Shown here in pieces: positions 1 through 7,448 of a DNA stretch of 22,193 bases. Numbering within the stretch: the first letter of the stretch is position 1; each line of letters opens with the position of its first letter. The DNA comes from Candidatus Phoenicimicrobium oleiphilum (GTDB taxonomy: Bacteria; Atribacterota; Phoenicimicrobiia; Phoenicimicrobiales; Phoenicimicrobiaceae): positions 1 through 22,193 of the forward strand of contig JBDIWJ010000031.1 in NCBI GenBank assembly GCA_039638295.1, given 5' to 3'. A program made the translations under genes and the position numbers. The notes beneath the pieces are model-generated. The model made no database searches. It worked only from the letters and a program-made list of their open reading frames with translations, and was not told where the DNA came from.

Positions 1-668
1 TCATCCACATCAATCCAGTAACGTCCTTTAATATCAAAGACTCTCGCCTTCTCCTTTTGGGCAAGTATTTTAATGCCTGCTGAAAGAGAGGTATCGCCAT
101 TGGATGAACTTTCTTCTAAAGCCTCAAATATGGCGGGAGAACAGAAGAAGATTCCGGTATCATAAGCATTATATTTCCTAATATTTTTCCCAATATTTAT
201 AATTTTATGGTCATCGTCAGTCAAGACTTTGGTTACATCATCAATATCTATATTCTCGTTATTAAGGTTACAGTCTACCGCCAGCATAACTTCACCATCC
301 ACAACCTTCTGTTGGAGCAATTCTGACAAGATAGTACCATCAAATATATGGTCACTCATTAATAAAATAAAATTTTCTTCTATTTTTCCTTTTGCCTTAA
401 GAACAGAAAGTCCATTCTCTCTTTCCCAATCATCATTTATAAGATGAGTTATTTTAAGATTTTTTTCCTGACCAAACTTATCAAGGTGATTTCTTAATTT
501 TTCTCCATTATATCCTGTTACCACATAAAAATCAGATAAACCTGCTTCTCTGGCAGTTAGTATTACTCTCTCAATAAGGGGCAATTCCAAAATGGGAATA
601 AGAGGCTTAGAGTCGCCCCTGCTGGATAATCTGCTTCCTTCCCCAGCTGCAATAATCAAACATTTCAT
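1..668 (-). CDS. CTP:inositol-1-phosphate cytidylyltransferase-like NTP transferase (probably the N-terminal domain of a bifunctional IPCT/DIPP synthase); runs off the left edge
   Basis: Not in the ORF track. Manual translation from ATG at 668 gives MKCLIIAAGEGSRLSSRGDSKPLIPIL...ENGLSVL...LLMSDHIFD...DDVTKV...AYDTGIF...YWIDVD, open to the window edge. The AAGxGxR..KPL and MSDH motifs are typical of IPCT. It starts 2 nt after the ino1 stop. Confidence 0.85.
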   Translation of the reverse strand, partial: MKCLIIAAGEGSRLSSRGDSKPLIPILELPLIERVILTAREAGLSDFYVVTGYNGEKLRNHLDKFGQEKNLKITHLINDDWERENGLSVLKAKGKIEENFILLMSDHIFDGTILSELLQQKVVDGEVMLAVDCNLNNENIDIDDVTKVLTDDDHKIINIGKNIRKYNAYDTGIFFCSPAIFEALEESSSNGDTSLSAGIKILAQKEKARVFDIKGRYWIDVD

Positions 669-670
669 CT

Positions 671-1774
671 CTAATCATCTCTTTCCCCAGCAATGAATTC
701 TTCGGTAAAATTAAAAGCCTCATCATCGGTGAACTGTTTTGGTGGATGTTTCATAAAATAGGATGAAGGAGAATATAAGACCCCACCTTTACCCCGATCA
801 ACAGCAAGTTTACAGCATCTTATAGCATCTATTACCACTCCAGCAGAGTTAGGAGAATCCTCTACCGAAAGTCTTAACTCTAAATTCATAGGTACATCAC
901 CAAAAAGCTTCCCTTCCATCCTTATAAAGCAGATCTTATTATCTTTTTGCCAGGGAACATAGTCACTTGGACCTACATGTATATTCTCATCGGCAAGTCT
1001 TTCTGCTAACATAGATTGCACTGCCTCCGTCTTTGACTCTTTTTTAGAAAACAATCTACTGCGGTCAAGCATATTAAGGAAATCTGTATTCCCACCAGTA
1101 TTAAGCTGGTAGGTTCTCTCTAATTTTACTCCTCTATTCTTAAATAGAGTAGTTAAGGTCCTATGAACAATAGTGGCTCCTAATTGTGATTTTATATCAT
1201 CTCCAATAATAGGAATATTTCTTTCTTTGAACTTATTAGCCCATTCGGGGTTACTGGCGATAAAAACTGGCATATTATTTATAAAGGCAACCCCTGCCTC
1301 CAGGGCACACTGGGCATAGAACTTTGCAGCTTTTTCTGAACCTACCGGCATATAATTAAGCAATATCTCCGCTCCTGTTTCTTTTAATGTATTTACTATA
1401 TCTTTTTGAGTAGCCTCTTTTTCTTCAGCCAAGACAAAAGTTTGTTGGTCGGGGTAATCTTTCATATGATCAGCAAAACCATCTAATATCCTTCCCATTT
1501 GCACTTTAACCCCCGTCATAGGGATATCCTCACAAAATACTTTAGTACAGTTGGGAGGTGAAAATATTGCTTCCGAAACATCTTTCCCTACTTTTCTTTT
1601 GTCAATATCGAAAGCAGCTACTACCTCAATATCATAGGGCTTATATCCCCCAATATCCCAGTGCATTAAACCAATAGCTTCTCGACTATCCTTGCTTTCG
1701 TAATATTTTATACCCTGTATCAAAGAGCTACTACAGTTTCCTATTCCTGCAATTGCAATTTTAATTTTCCTCAT
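671..1774 (-). CDS. ino1: myo-inositol-1-phosphate (inositol-3-phosphate) synthase
   Basis: GIGNCSSSL Rossmann motif, [38 protein letters not shown] and [17 protein letters not shown] upstream. Confidence 0.95.
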   Translation of the reverse strand: MRKIKIAIAGIGNCSSSLIQGIKYYESKDSREAIGLMHWDIGGYKPYDIEVVAAFDIDKRKVGKDVSEAIFSPPNCTKVFCEDIPMTGVKVQMGRILDGFADHMKDYPDQQTFVLAEEKEATQKDIVNTLKETGAEILLNYMPVGSEKAAKFYAQCALEAGVAFINNMPVFIASNPEWANKFKERNIPIIGDDIKSQLGATIVHRTLTTLFKNRGVKLERTYQLNTGGNTDFLNMLDRSRLFSKKESKTEAVQSMLAERLADENIHVGPSDYVPWQKDNKICFIRMEGKLFGDVPMNLELRLSVEDSPNSAGVVIDAIRCCKLAVDRGKGGVLYSPSSYFMKHPPKQFTDDEAFNFTEEFIAGERDD

Positions 1775-1857
1775 TTTTTATTCCTCCTTATTGCATTTTA
1801 TTTCTTTTTTATAGTTACATTAATAACTAATTTTGAAATGAAAAAAAATCTATTATA

Positions 1858-1886
1858 AGAATATCATACCTATACGTATAGGTCAA
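1858..1886 (-). promoter_or_regulatory. Putative sigma70 promoter of ino1 with an overlapping 16 bp palindromic operator
   Basis: Minus strand TTGACC-17 nt-TATTCT with TG at the extended -10 position. The perfect palindrome ACCTATACGTATAGGT (1868-1883) covers part of the -35 and the spacer. Confidence 0.55.
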
Positions 1887-1930
1887 GTAAGTGCCTACTA
1901 AAATTTTACACTATCTACCCCAACCAAAAT

Positions 1931-1958
1931 TTGACATAAAATACTCTTTAGATATAAT
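1931..1958 (+). promoter_or_regulatory. Consensus sigma70 promoter
   Basis: TTGACA (1931-1936), 16 nt spacer, TATAAT (1953-1958). Confidence 0.75.
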
Positions 1959-1964
1959 ATGGTT

Positions 1965-2026
1965 GTCATCCCAGCAAGATCTTGTATTTTGCTGGCCCCC
2001 AGTTGCCTGTGCACTCGGGTTTTTTA
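1965..2026 (+). ncRNA. Candidate small structured RNA or attenuating leader with two hairpins ending in a U-tract
   Basis: GC-rich patch directly after the promoter. Stem 1: CCAGCAAGAT/ATTTTGCTGG (1971-1995; 10 bp, one G-U). Stem 2: CCCcAGtTGC-ctgt-GCACTcGGG (1997-2019), followed by T6. Confidence 0.45.
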
Positions 2027-2061
2027 TTTTATATTCATTTTAGAGAAGAAAGTCGGTACAT

Positions 2062-2484
2062 ATGGAAAAAGTTATTTTTTTATAGATGGATTTAATCTTT
2101 ATCATTCAATTGCCAGGGAAAAGCATCTTAATAAATATAAGTGGATTGACTTATCAGAACTTGCTAAAAATTTTATTAGTAAAAAAGAACCAGTGTTAAC
2201 ATTGCAATTTATCTATTCCAATTGGCCATTCAAGATAGATTCGACAAAGCGTATATCATTTCAGCAGATAGCGATTTAATCCACTCCATAGAAAAGGTAA
2301 AAATATTATTTCCCCATAAACAAATAGGAGTTATTATCCCGATAGGAAGGCATACCGAACTTTTAAAACAAAAATGTGATTTTTATATGAAAATAAAAGA
2401 AAAACGCTTAAGAATAGTGTGCTACCAGAAATAATACTTCTTAAAGATAATAAAAAACTATTTTGCTCAGAATCAAGGCATTAA
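2062..2484 (+). pseudogene. NYN-domain (LabA/DUF88, PIN-like) ribonuclease pseudogene
   Basis: Joining frames gives MEKVIF/FIDGFNLYH..KYKWIDL..KNFISKK / RTSVNIAIYLFQLAIQDRFDKAYIISADSDL..IPIGR.. / LKNSVLPEIILLKDNKKLFC. It has frameshifts at T7 (2075-2081) and near 2400-2406, an apparent internal deletion near 2190, and TDVN changed to TSVN. Confidence 0.8.
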
Positions 2485-2660
2485 GCCATCTCCCATAATT
2501 TTACATCCCCCACCCTTAACCGGCTGTAGCCAACAGATCTTTTGTAAACAAGTATCTCAGTCCGCATTCTGCCGCTGAAACTATTGTAAAATATAGAACT
2601 TACCCCTTAAAAAGTGAAGGGTTTTTGGTAATCTTGTCTTCCATTAAAACAAGGAAATAT

Positions 2661-2712
2661 GAGATTGCTTTCTCTGCTTTCACCGGGGCAGGGCTTGTTT
2701 TACTCGCAATGA
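2661..2712. repeat. Degenerate REP/RPE-like palindromic element (GAGATTGCTT...CTCGCAATGA)
   Basis: The ends match the widespread GAGATTGCTT../..CTCGCAATGAC type of intergenic palindrome. The core on the minus strand (CCTGCCCCGGTGAAAGC) resembles CCTGCCCTCGTGAAAAC at 19292. Confidence 0.45.
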
Positions 2713-2715
2713 ATT

Positions 2716-3027
2716 TAAGACGCACGGAAAATGCTTTTTAAGGGCTTAAATTTTCAAAAAATAGATAATTTCAATACCCTAATTTTGGGGTATTTTTGCC
2801 TTATTAAAATTCTAAAACCCTTATAAATAGCCACTTTTAGATTTTAAGAGGGGTGATAATTTAGTCAAAAAAGAGTGATTTTCGAGGGGTAAAGTATAGC
2901 TCGAGTAAAAATTTTCTCTTATACGCGTTATTTCGCAATATGTTCTTAAAAGCCTTATATTATAAGGGTTTTATGCGCCACTACCACTACAAATCCTTTA
3001 TTTGCCTTGTTTAGTCAAACCTGCGGG
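2716..3027. mobile_element. Non-coding remnant or MITE-like element resembling IS1634-family ends; boundaries uncertain
   Basis: Perfect 14 bp inverted repeat TAAAACCCTTATAA (2813-2826 / 2960-2973). CCTTATATTATAAGGGTTT (2953) resembles CCTTATTTAATAAGGGTTT (9671) inside the IS1634 end. A CACTAC motif is shared. The right end on the minus strand, CCCGCAGGTTTGACTAA, resembles the IS TIR CCTGAGTTTGACA. Confidence 0.35.
2773..2797 (+). terminator. Terminator-like hairpin
   Basis: AATACCCTAA-TT-TTGGGGTATT stem followed by TTT. Confidence 0.35.
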
Positions 3028-3141
3028 AAGCCTATCCATAATATGGCTTGATATTATAATAATAATTTTTCTTATTCCAAAATTCTAAAATAAGAAAAAT
3101 ATTACTTATAAAAGAAAAGAGAAATTAAATTATTTTTGCAC

Positions 3142-3202
3142 TTGACTTATTTATATTTATAATATACAGTATACTTACAAGTATAATACTTTTAAGTATA
3201 CT
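3142..3202 (+). promoter_or_regulatory. Promoter and 35 bp palindromic operator upstream of the AAA ATPase gene
   Basis: TTGACT (3142)-17 nt-TACAGT (3165). The near-perfect palindrome at 3168-3202 is built from two ATACTTnnAAGTAT boxes (3171-3184, 3186-3199). Confidence 0.65.
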
Positions 3203-3216
3203 ATTTGGAGGGTATT

Positions 3217-4590
3217 ATGTTTGTCAATAGAATTAAGGAATTAAATTACCTGGAAAAATTACAAAAGGAACAAGGTGCCCAGTTTATAATTATCTATGGA
3301 CGCAGAAGAATTGGTAAGACTGAATTGCTTAGACAATTTTCTAAAGATAAGAAACACCTCTTTTTTTCCTCGGACCTCTCTTCCGAGCAAGAACAGCTAA
3401 AACAGTTTAGTGAAAAGATATTTCAGTTAACTGGAGAATCGTTTTTACAAGCCCAACCTTTTAGCTCATGGGAAGCTTTGTTAAGGTATATCTTTGACCA
3501 TTTAGTTCTAAAAATACCTTTAATTATTATTGATGAATTCCCCTATTTATGTCTAAGTAATCCTGCCCTCCCTTCTATATTACAGAAAATATGGGATGAA
3601 AAAGGGAAAGAAAGTAATATTTTCCTTATTTTGTGTGGCTCTTATATGAGCTTTATGGAAAAGGAAATCTTAGGAAGTAAAAGTCCTTTGTTTGGCAGGC
3701 GTACTGGACAGATTGCCTTACATCCACTGTCGTTTGAAGATCTTAATTTATTTCTTCCCCGCTATTCTGAAGAGGAAAAAGTTATTGCTTATAGTATACT
3801 CGGTGGTACACCTGCATATCTCCAAAGATTCAATGACCATAAAAGTATTGAGCAAAATGTAAAAGAAGAAATTTTAAATAAAAATGGTTTTCTTTTCAGT
3901 GAACCCCGTTTTTTATTAATAGAAGAATTACGTGAGCCAGCTATATATTTCTCCATTTTAAAGGCAATTGCCTTTGGCAGAACACGACTAAATGAAATAG
4001 TGCAGGAAACCGGAATTAGCGACAGACATAAGGTTAATAAATATCTTAGTGTTTTGAGAGAATTACGTATAGTAAAAAGAGAAATACCGATTACAGAAGA
4101 TAAACCACATAAATCAAGAAAAGGTATTTACCTGATTGCTGATCCTTTCTTCCGTTTTTGGTTTAGATATGTTTTGCCTAATATGAGTTATCTTGAGGAA
4201 GGAGATCTTAATTATGTTTGGAAAGAAAAAATAACACCTTCCTTAAATAGTTTTACTGGATTTATCTTCGAGGATATATGTTTACAAAGGTTGAAAAATC
4301 TAAATAGAAAAAATATGCTTCCTTTTAAAGCCAGAAGTATAGGCCGCTGGTGGAACAATAAAGAAGAGATTGATATCGTAGCTTATAATGATCAACAATT
4401 ATTTATTTTTGGTGAATGTAAATGGAAAAATAAAAAAGTTGGCCTAAATGAGTTATATGATTTAGAAAGAAAAGCCGATAGTTTTTTTAAGTCAAAGCAA
4501 AAATATTTTGCTTTATTTTCTAAATCAGGATTTAGCAAAGAGTTGATAAATTTGTCCAATCAAAGAAAAGATATTCTTCTTTTTGATTGA
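3217..4590 (+). CDS. Archaeal-type AAA+ ATPase with wHTH region and C-terminal DUF234 / PD-(D/E)XK-like domain
   Basis: MFVNR..EL start, Walker A YGRRRIGKT, Walker B IIIDEFPY, CGS..SFM, SPLFGRRT, GGTPAYL, DPFFRFWF, GRWW..EEIDIV..GECKW and FSKSGF. GGAGG at 3207 favours ATG 3217 over TTG 3205. Confidence 0.9.
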   Translation: MFVNRIKELNYLEKLQKEQGAQFIIIYGRRRIGKTELLRQFSKDKKHLFFSSDLSSEQEQLKQFSEKIFQLTGESFLQAQPFSSWEALLRYIFDHLVLKIPLIIIDEFPYLCLSNPALPSILQKIWDEKGKESNIFLILCGSYMSFMEKEILGSKSPLFGRRTGQIALHPLSFEDLNLFLPRYSEEEKVIAYSILGGTPAYLQRFNDHKSIEQNVKEEILNKNGFLFSEPRFLLIEELREPAIYFSILKAIAFGRTRLNEIVQETGISDRHKVNKYLSVLRELRIVKREIPITEDKPHKSRKGIYLIADPFFRFWFRYVLPNMSYLEEGDLNYVWKEKITPSLNSFTGFIFEDICLQRLKNLNRKNMLPFKARSIGRWWNNKEEIDIVAYNDQQLFIFGECKWKNKKVGLNELYDLERKADSFFKSKQKYFALFSKSGFSKELINLSNQRKDILLFD

Positions 4591-4635
4591 TAACAGTAAC
4601 AGGAGCGATTTTTGTTCCATTATGAGATTACTTCC

Positions 4636-4825
4636 CTTTATAAAAGAAGAGAGAAATTGAATTATGTTCGCACTCTTTAACTACTTATACTATATAGTAT
4701 ATTTAAAAGTATAATATAATATTATAAAGTATACTATCTTGAGGTAACAATGTTTGTCAATAGGATTGAGGAATTAACAAATATTTATCCAGCAAAAGAA
4801 AAGATATCCTCTTTTTGATTGATAA
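4636..4825 (+). pseudogene. Internally deleted tandem paralog of the ATPase unit (upstream region, first ~9 and last ~13 codons)
   Basis: 4636-4776 aligns by eye to ~3105-3243 (TTATAAAAGAA..GAGAAATT, the operator region, ATGTTTGTCAATAG.ATT.AGGAATTA). 4777-4825 aligns to ~4546-4593 (AAAGAAAAGATAT.CT..CTTTTTGATTGATAA). Confidence 0.85.
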
Positions 4826-4951
4826 TAAAGATAAAAGTTGGTCGTATCCCCTAAGATTTCTATTGTTGATGTTTGCAACTAAGGATTTTAATCTATTAAA
4901 ATAAATTAATTTAGGGTATAATAATTAAAAATATATTTAAGGGAATATTAT

Positions 4952-6241
4952 ATGAAAACTTTTCATAAAATAATTATTGGTGATTCAAGATATATGAAAG
5001 AAGTATCGAACGAATCTGTACATCTTATTATTACTTCTCCACCTTATTGGCAATTAAAGGATTATGGCAATGGCAAACAAATTGGTTTTGATGATAATTA
5101 TGAAGATTATATTAACAATCTAAATTTAGTGTGGAATGAGTGCCATAGAGTTTTACATAAGGGTTGTCGTCTCTGTATTAATATAGGTGATCAATTTGCA
5201 CGTTCTGTATATTATGGAAGATATAAGGTTATCCCCATAAGGACAGAGATAATTAAGTTTTGTGAAAGTATAGGCTTTGATTATATGGGTGCTATTATCT
5301 GGCAAAAAGTTACTACTTGCAATACTACTGGTGGAGCAACTGTAATGGGTTCTTTCCCCTATCCTCGAAATGGAATTCTTAAAATCGATTATGAATTTAT
5401 TTTGATTTTTAAAAAATATGGTCAAGCCCCAAAAGCAAATAAAGAGATGAAAGAAAAGTCAAAATTATCTCAAGAAGAGTGGAATAAATATTTTACTGGA
5501 CACTGGAATTTCCCCGGGGAAAAACAGGTTAAACATCTAGCAATGTTCCCTGAAGAGTTACCAAAACGACTTATTAAAATGTTTAGCTTTGTAGGTGATA
5601 TAATTCTTGATCCTTTCTTAGGAAGTGGAACAACTACTTTAGCAGCAAAAAATCTTGACAGAAATTCTATCGGATATGAAGTAAATGATTATTTTTTACC
5701 AATTATAAAAGAAAAAGTTGGATTAAGACAAGGGACGATTTTTGAAGATAAGATATTTGAAATAATCAAACAAGAAACAGTAAATATAAATTTTAAGGAA
5801 AAGATAAAAAAAATGCCCTATATTTTTCGTGACCCCATAAAATTTGACAAAAAAGTTGATCCACGAAAATTAAACTTTGGTTCAAAGATAGATAATTCTT
5901 GTTCTAAAAGAGAGGCATATTATATTGTAAAAGAAGTAATTTCACCAAAGATCTTAGTCTTGAATAATGGATTAAAAATTAGATTATTAGGAATAAAAGA
6001 AAAAAACGAAAAAAATGGAGGAGCAATTCGATTTCTAAAAGAGAAAGTTATTGGGCAAAAGGTATTTATGAGGTTTGATAATGTAAAATATGATGAAGAA
6101 AACAATTTGCTATGTTATCTTTATTTATCTAATAAAACATTTTTAAATGCACATTTGATTAAAAGTGGTTTAGTTGATGTAGATATGAAATTTGACTATA
6201 AGTATAAATCAAAATTTTTATCAAAAAGGATGGTGAAATAG
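4952..6241 (+). CDS. Beta-class N4-cytosine/N6-adenine DNA methyltransferase with C-terminal thermonuclease (SNase)-like domain
   Basis: Catalytic TSPPY precedes HLAMFPEEL and the SAM-binding LDPFLGSGTT, the beta-class order. The C-terminal ~100 aa (IRLLGI..A..FLKE..GQKV...LLCYLY..TFLNAHLIKSGL) follow the SNase pattern. Confidence 0.88.
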   Translation: MKTFHKIIIGDSRYMKEVSNESVHLIITSPPYWQLKDYGNGKQIGFDDNYEDYINNLNLVWNECHRVLHKGCRLCINIGDQFARSVYYGRYKVIPIRTEIIKFCESIGFDYMGAIIWQKVTTCNTTGGATVMGSFPYPRNGILKIDYEFILIFKKYGQAPKANKEMKEKSKLSQEEWNKYFTGHWNFPGEKQVKHLAMFPEELPKRLIKMFSFVGDIILDPFLGSGTTTLAAKNLDRNSIGYEVNDYFLPIIKEKVGLRQGTIFEDKIFEIIKQETVNINFKEKIKKMPYIFRDPIKFDKKVDPRKLNFGSKIDNSCSKREAYYIVKEVISPKILVLNNGLKIRLLGIKEKNEKNGGAIRFLKEKVIGQKVFMRFDNVKYDEENNLLCYLYLSNKTFLNAHLIKSGLVDVDMKFDYKYKSKFLSKRMVK

Positions 6242-6870
6242 TGCCAAAGGAGTGGATATTAAATCAAGCAAATATGAGATGGGGATTAACCAAGAAAAAT
6301 AGAGTAGGACCAGTTTCAGAATTAATAAGAAAATGTTCTCCTAAATCTATAAAAGAGTGGGAGAGTTATTATTTCAAAAATGTCTATCCCAAACAGCATT
6401 TAGAAGAATTAGGCAGAAGACTATTTATAAAAATAACTGAAGTCTGTCAGGCTGAAATAGAAAGTATAGAAGAAGAGGATTGCATTAATTTTATTGTTAA
6501 TCTGGTTATTAATCGGACATATGACGGTTATAAATCAGAAATTCAAACTATCTATGGACAATTGCAAGAGGCTTTGGGTGTTAAGGTTGAACCTGCACCA
6601 GATGAATGGGATAGAGGATACAATGTGGACTTTTTCATCAAAGTAAAGGATCGATATATTGGCCTACAGATTAAACCTGCAGGTTATGCTTATATTCCTC
6701 AAATTATTAATGAATTGGAATTCCAAAAAAAGACCCATAAAAAATTTACCGACAGATATGGTGGGAAAGTATTTTATGTCATTTCAGTGAAGGAAGGCAA
6801 AAAGAAAATAATATTTAATCCCGAAGTAATTGAAGAGATCAGGGATGAAATTGAGAGATTAATGAAATAA
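6241..6870 (+). CDS. MjaI-family type II restriction endonuclease
   Basis: VGPVSELIRKC...EWESYY, NRTYDGY and PDEWDRGYNVDFFIKV..IGLQIKP (PD..QIK nuclease motif). The GTG start overlaps the MTase TAG by 1 nt. Confidence 0.8.
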   Translation: MPKEWILNQANMRWGLTKKNRVGPVSELIRKCSPKSIKEWESYYFKNVYPKQHLEELGRRLFIKITEVCQAEIESIEEEDCINFIVNLVINRTYDGYKSEIQTIYGQLQEALGVKVEPAPDEWDRGYNVDFFIKVKDRYIGLQIKPAGYAYIPQIINELEFQKKTHKKFTDRYGGKVFYVISVKEGKKKIIFNPEVIEEIRDEIERLMK

Positions 6871-6931
6871 AGAAAATTAAAAATAAATAATATAATTAAT
6901 GGTCAATTAAGATATAAAAAATAGGCATCTT

Positions 6932-7438
6932 TTATTTTCTTAGTTTTGGGTCTAAGATATCCCTCAACCCATCTCAAAACATATTAATCCCTAATACACA
7001 GATGGCTATAGTTAAACCTGAAGAAAAACTTATCCAGGGAGCTCTATGGAGAAAGACTTTTCCCCCTCACTTAGAATATTCCCCCAGCTGGGAATTTCGG
7101 GCGGTATACCTACACCTAAAAACCAAGGCTTGCTTCAGATAATAAAGATATTCGTGAACCAAAAATAACTCTACTAAAAAGGTCTCTACCAAAACGGTAT
7201 GCTCCAAATATATGGTCCTTATCTGGGTTCTGCAATCTAACACCGGACTCCATATCTCCCGGATCATAAGGCGCTATTAAGGGAGCGATAATGGCGATAA
7301 TAACTAACAAACAAAGAACAATTACTCCAAACACAACTGCTGCATTTCGGTAGAAAATTTTAAACCGTGAAAAAATATTTTCTTTGCCATTTTTTTTATA
7401 GTGTTTACATTATTTTCTAATGAAATTAAATCTGCCAT
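6932..7438 (-). pseudogene. Dpp/Opp-type peptide ABC permease (DppC-like) pseudogene
   Basis: GAGGTG RBS and ATG at 7438. Fragments read [13 protein letters not shown]...[16 protein letters not shown] / [27 protein letters not shown] / APW..GINMF*DGLRDILDPK. There is a large internal deletion, frameshifts near 7390-7397, 7118-7122 and 7060, and an in-frame TGA. Confidence 0.85.
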
Positions 7439-7448
7439 TTAGCACCTC

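Noticed and set aside
229..447. 72 aa plus-strand ORF
   Set aside because: Antisense shadow of the IPCT-like gene.
1861..1890. CIRCE or HAIR heat-shock operator
   Set aside because: Does not match TTAGCACTC-N9-GAGTGCTAA or CTTGAGT-N7-ACTCAAG.
1959..2061. N-terminal 35 aa of ORF 1959..2279
   Set aside because: It starts immediately after the -10 box and reads through the hairpin leader. The likely NYN start is ATG 2062 in another frame.
2517..2605. Minus-strand peptide TIVSAAECGLRYLFTKDLL, vaguely like a cysteine synthase C-terminus
   Set aside because: Too short, no start or RBS; the similarity cannot be supported without a search.
2716..3060. Possible CRISPR leader or array
   Set aside because: Leader-like AT-rich motifs are present, but no regularly spaced direct repeats or cas genes occur in the window.
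4952..6870. Assigning CTAG specificity from MjaI homology or site avoidance
   Set aside because: CTAG occurs several times in the window (for example ~5537, ~8470, ~9278, ~18194, ~20711). Family membership does not fix specificity, and no statistics were run.
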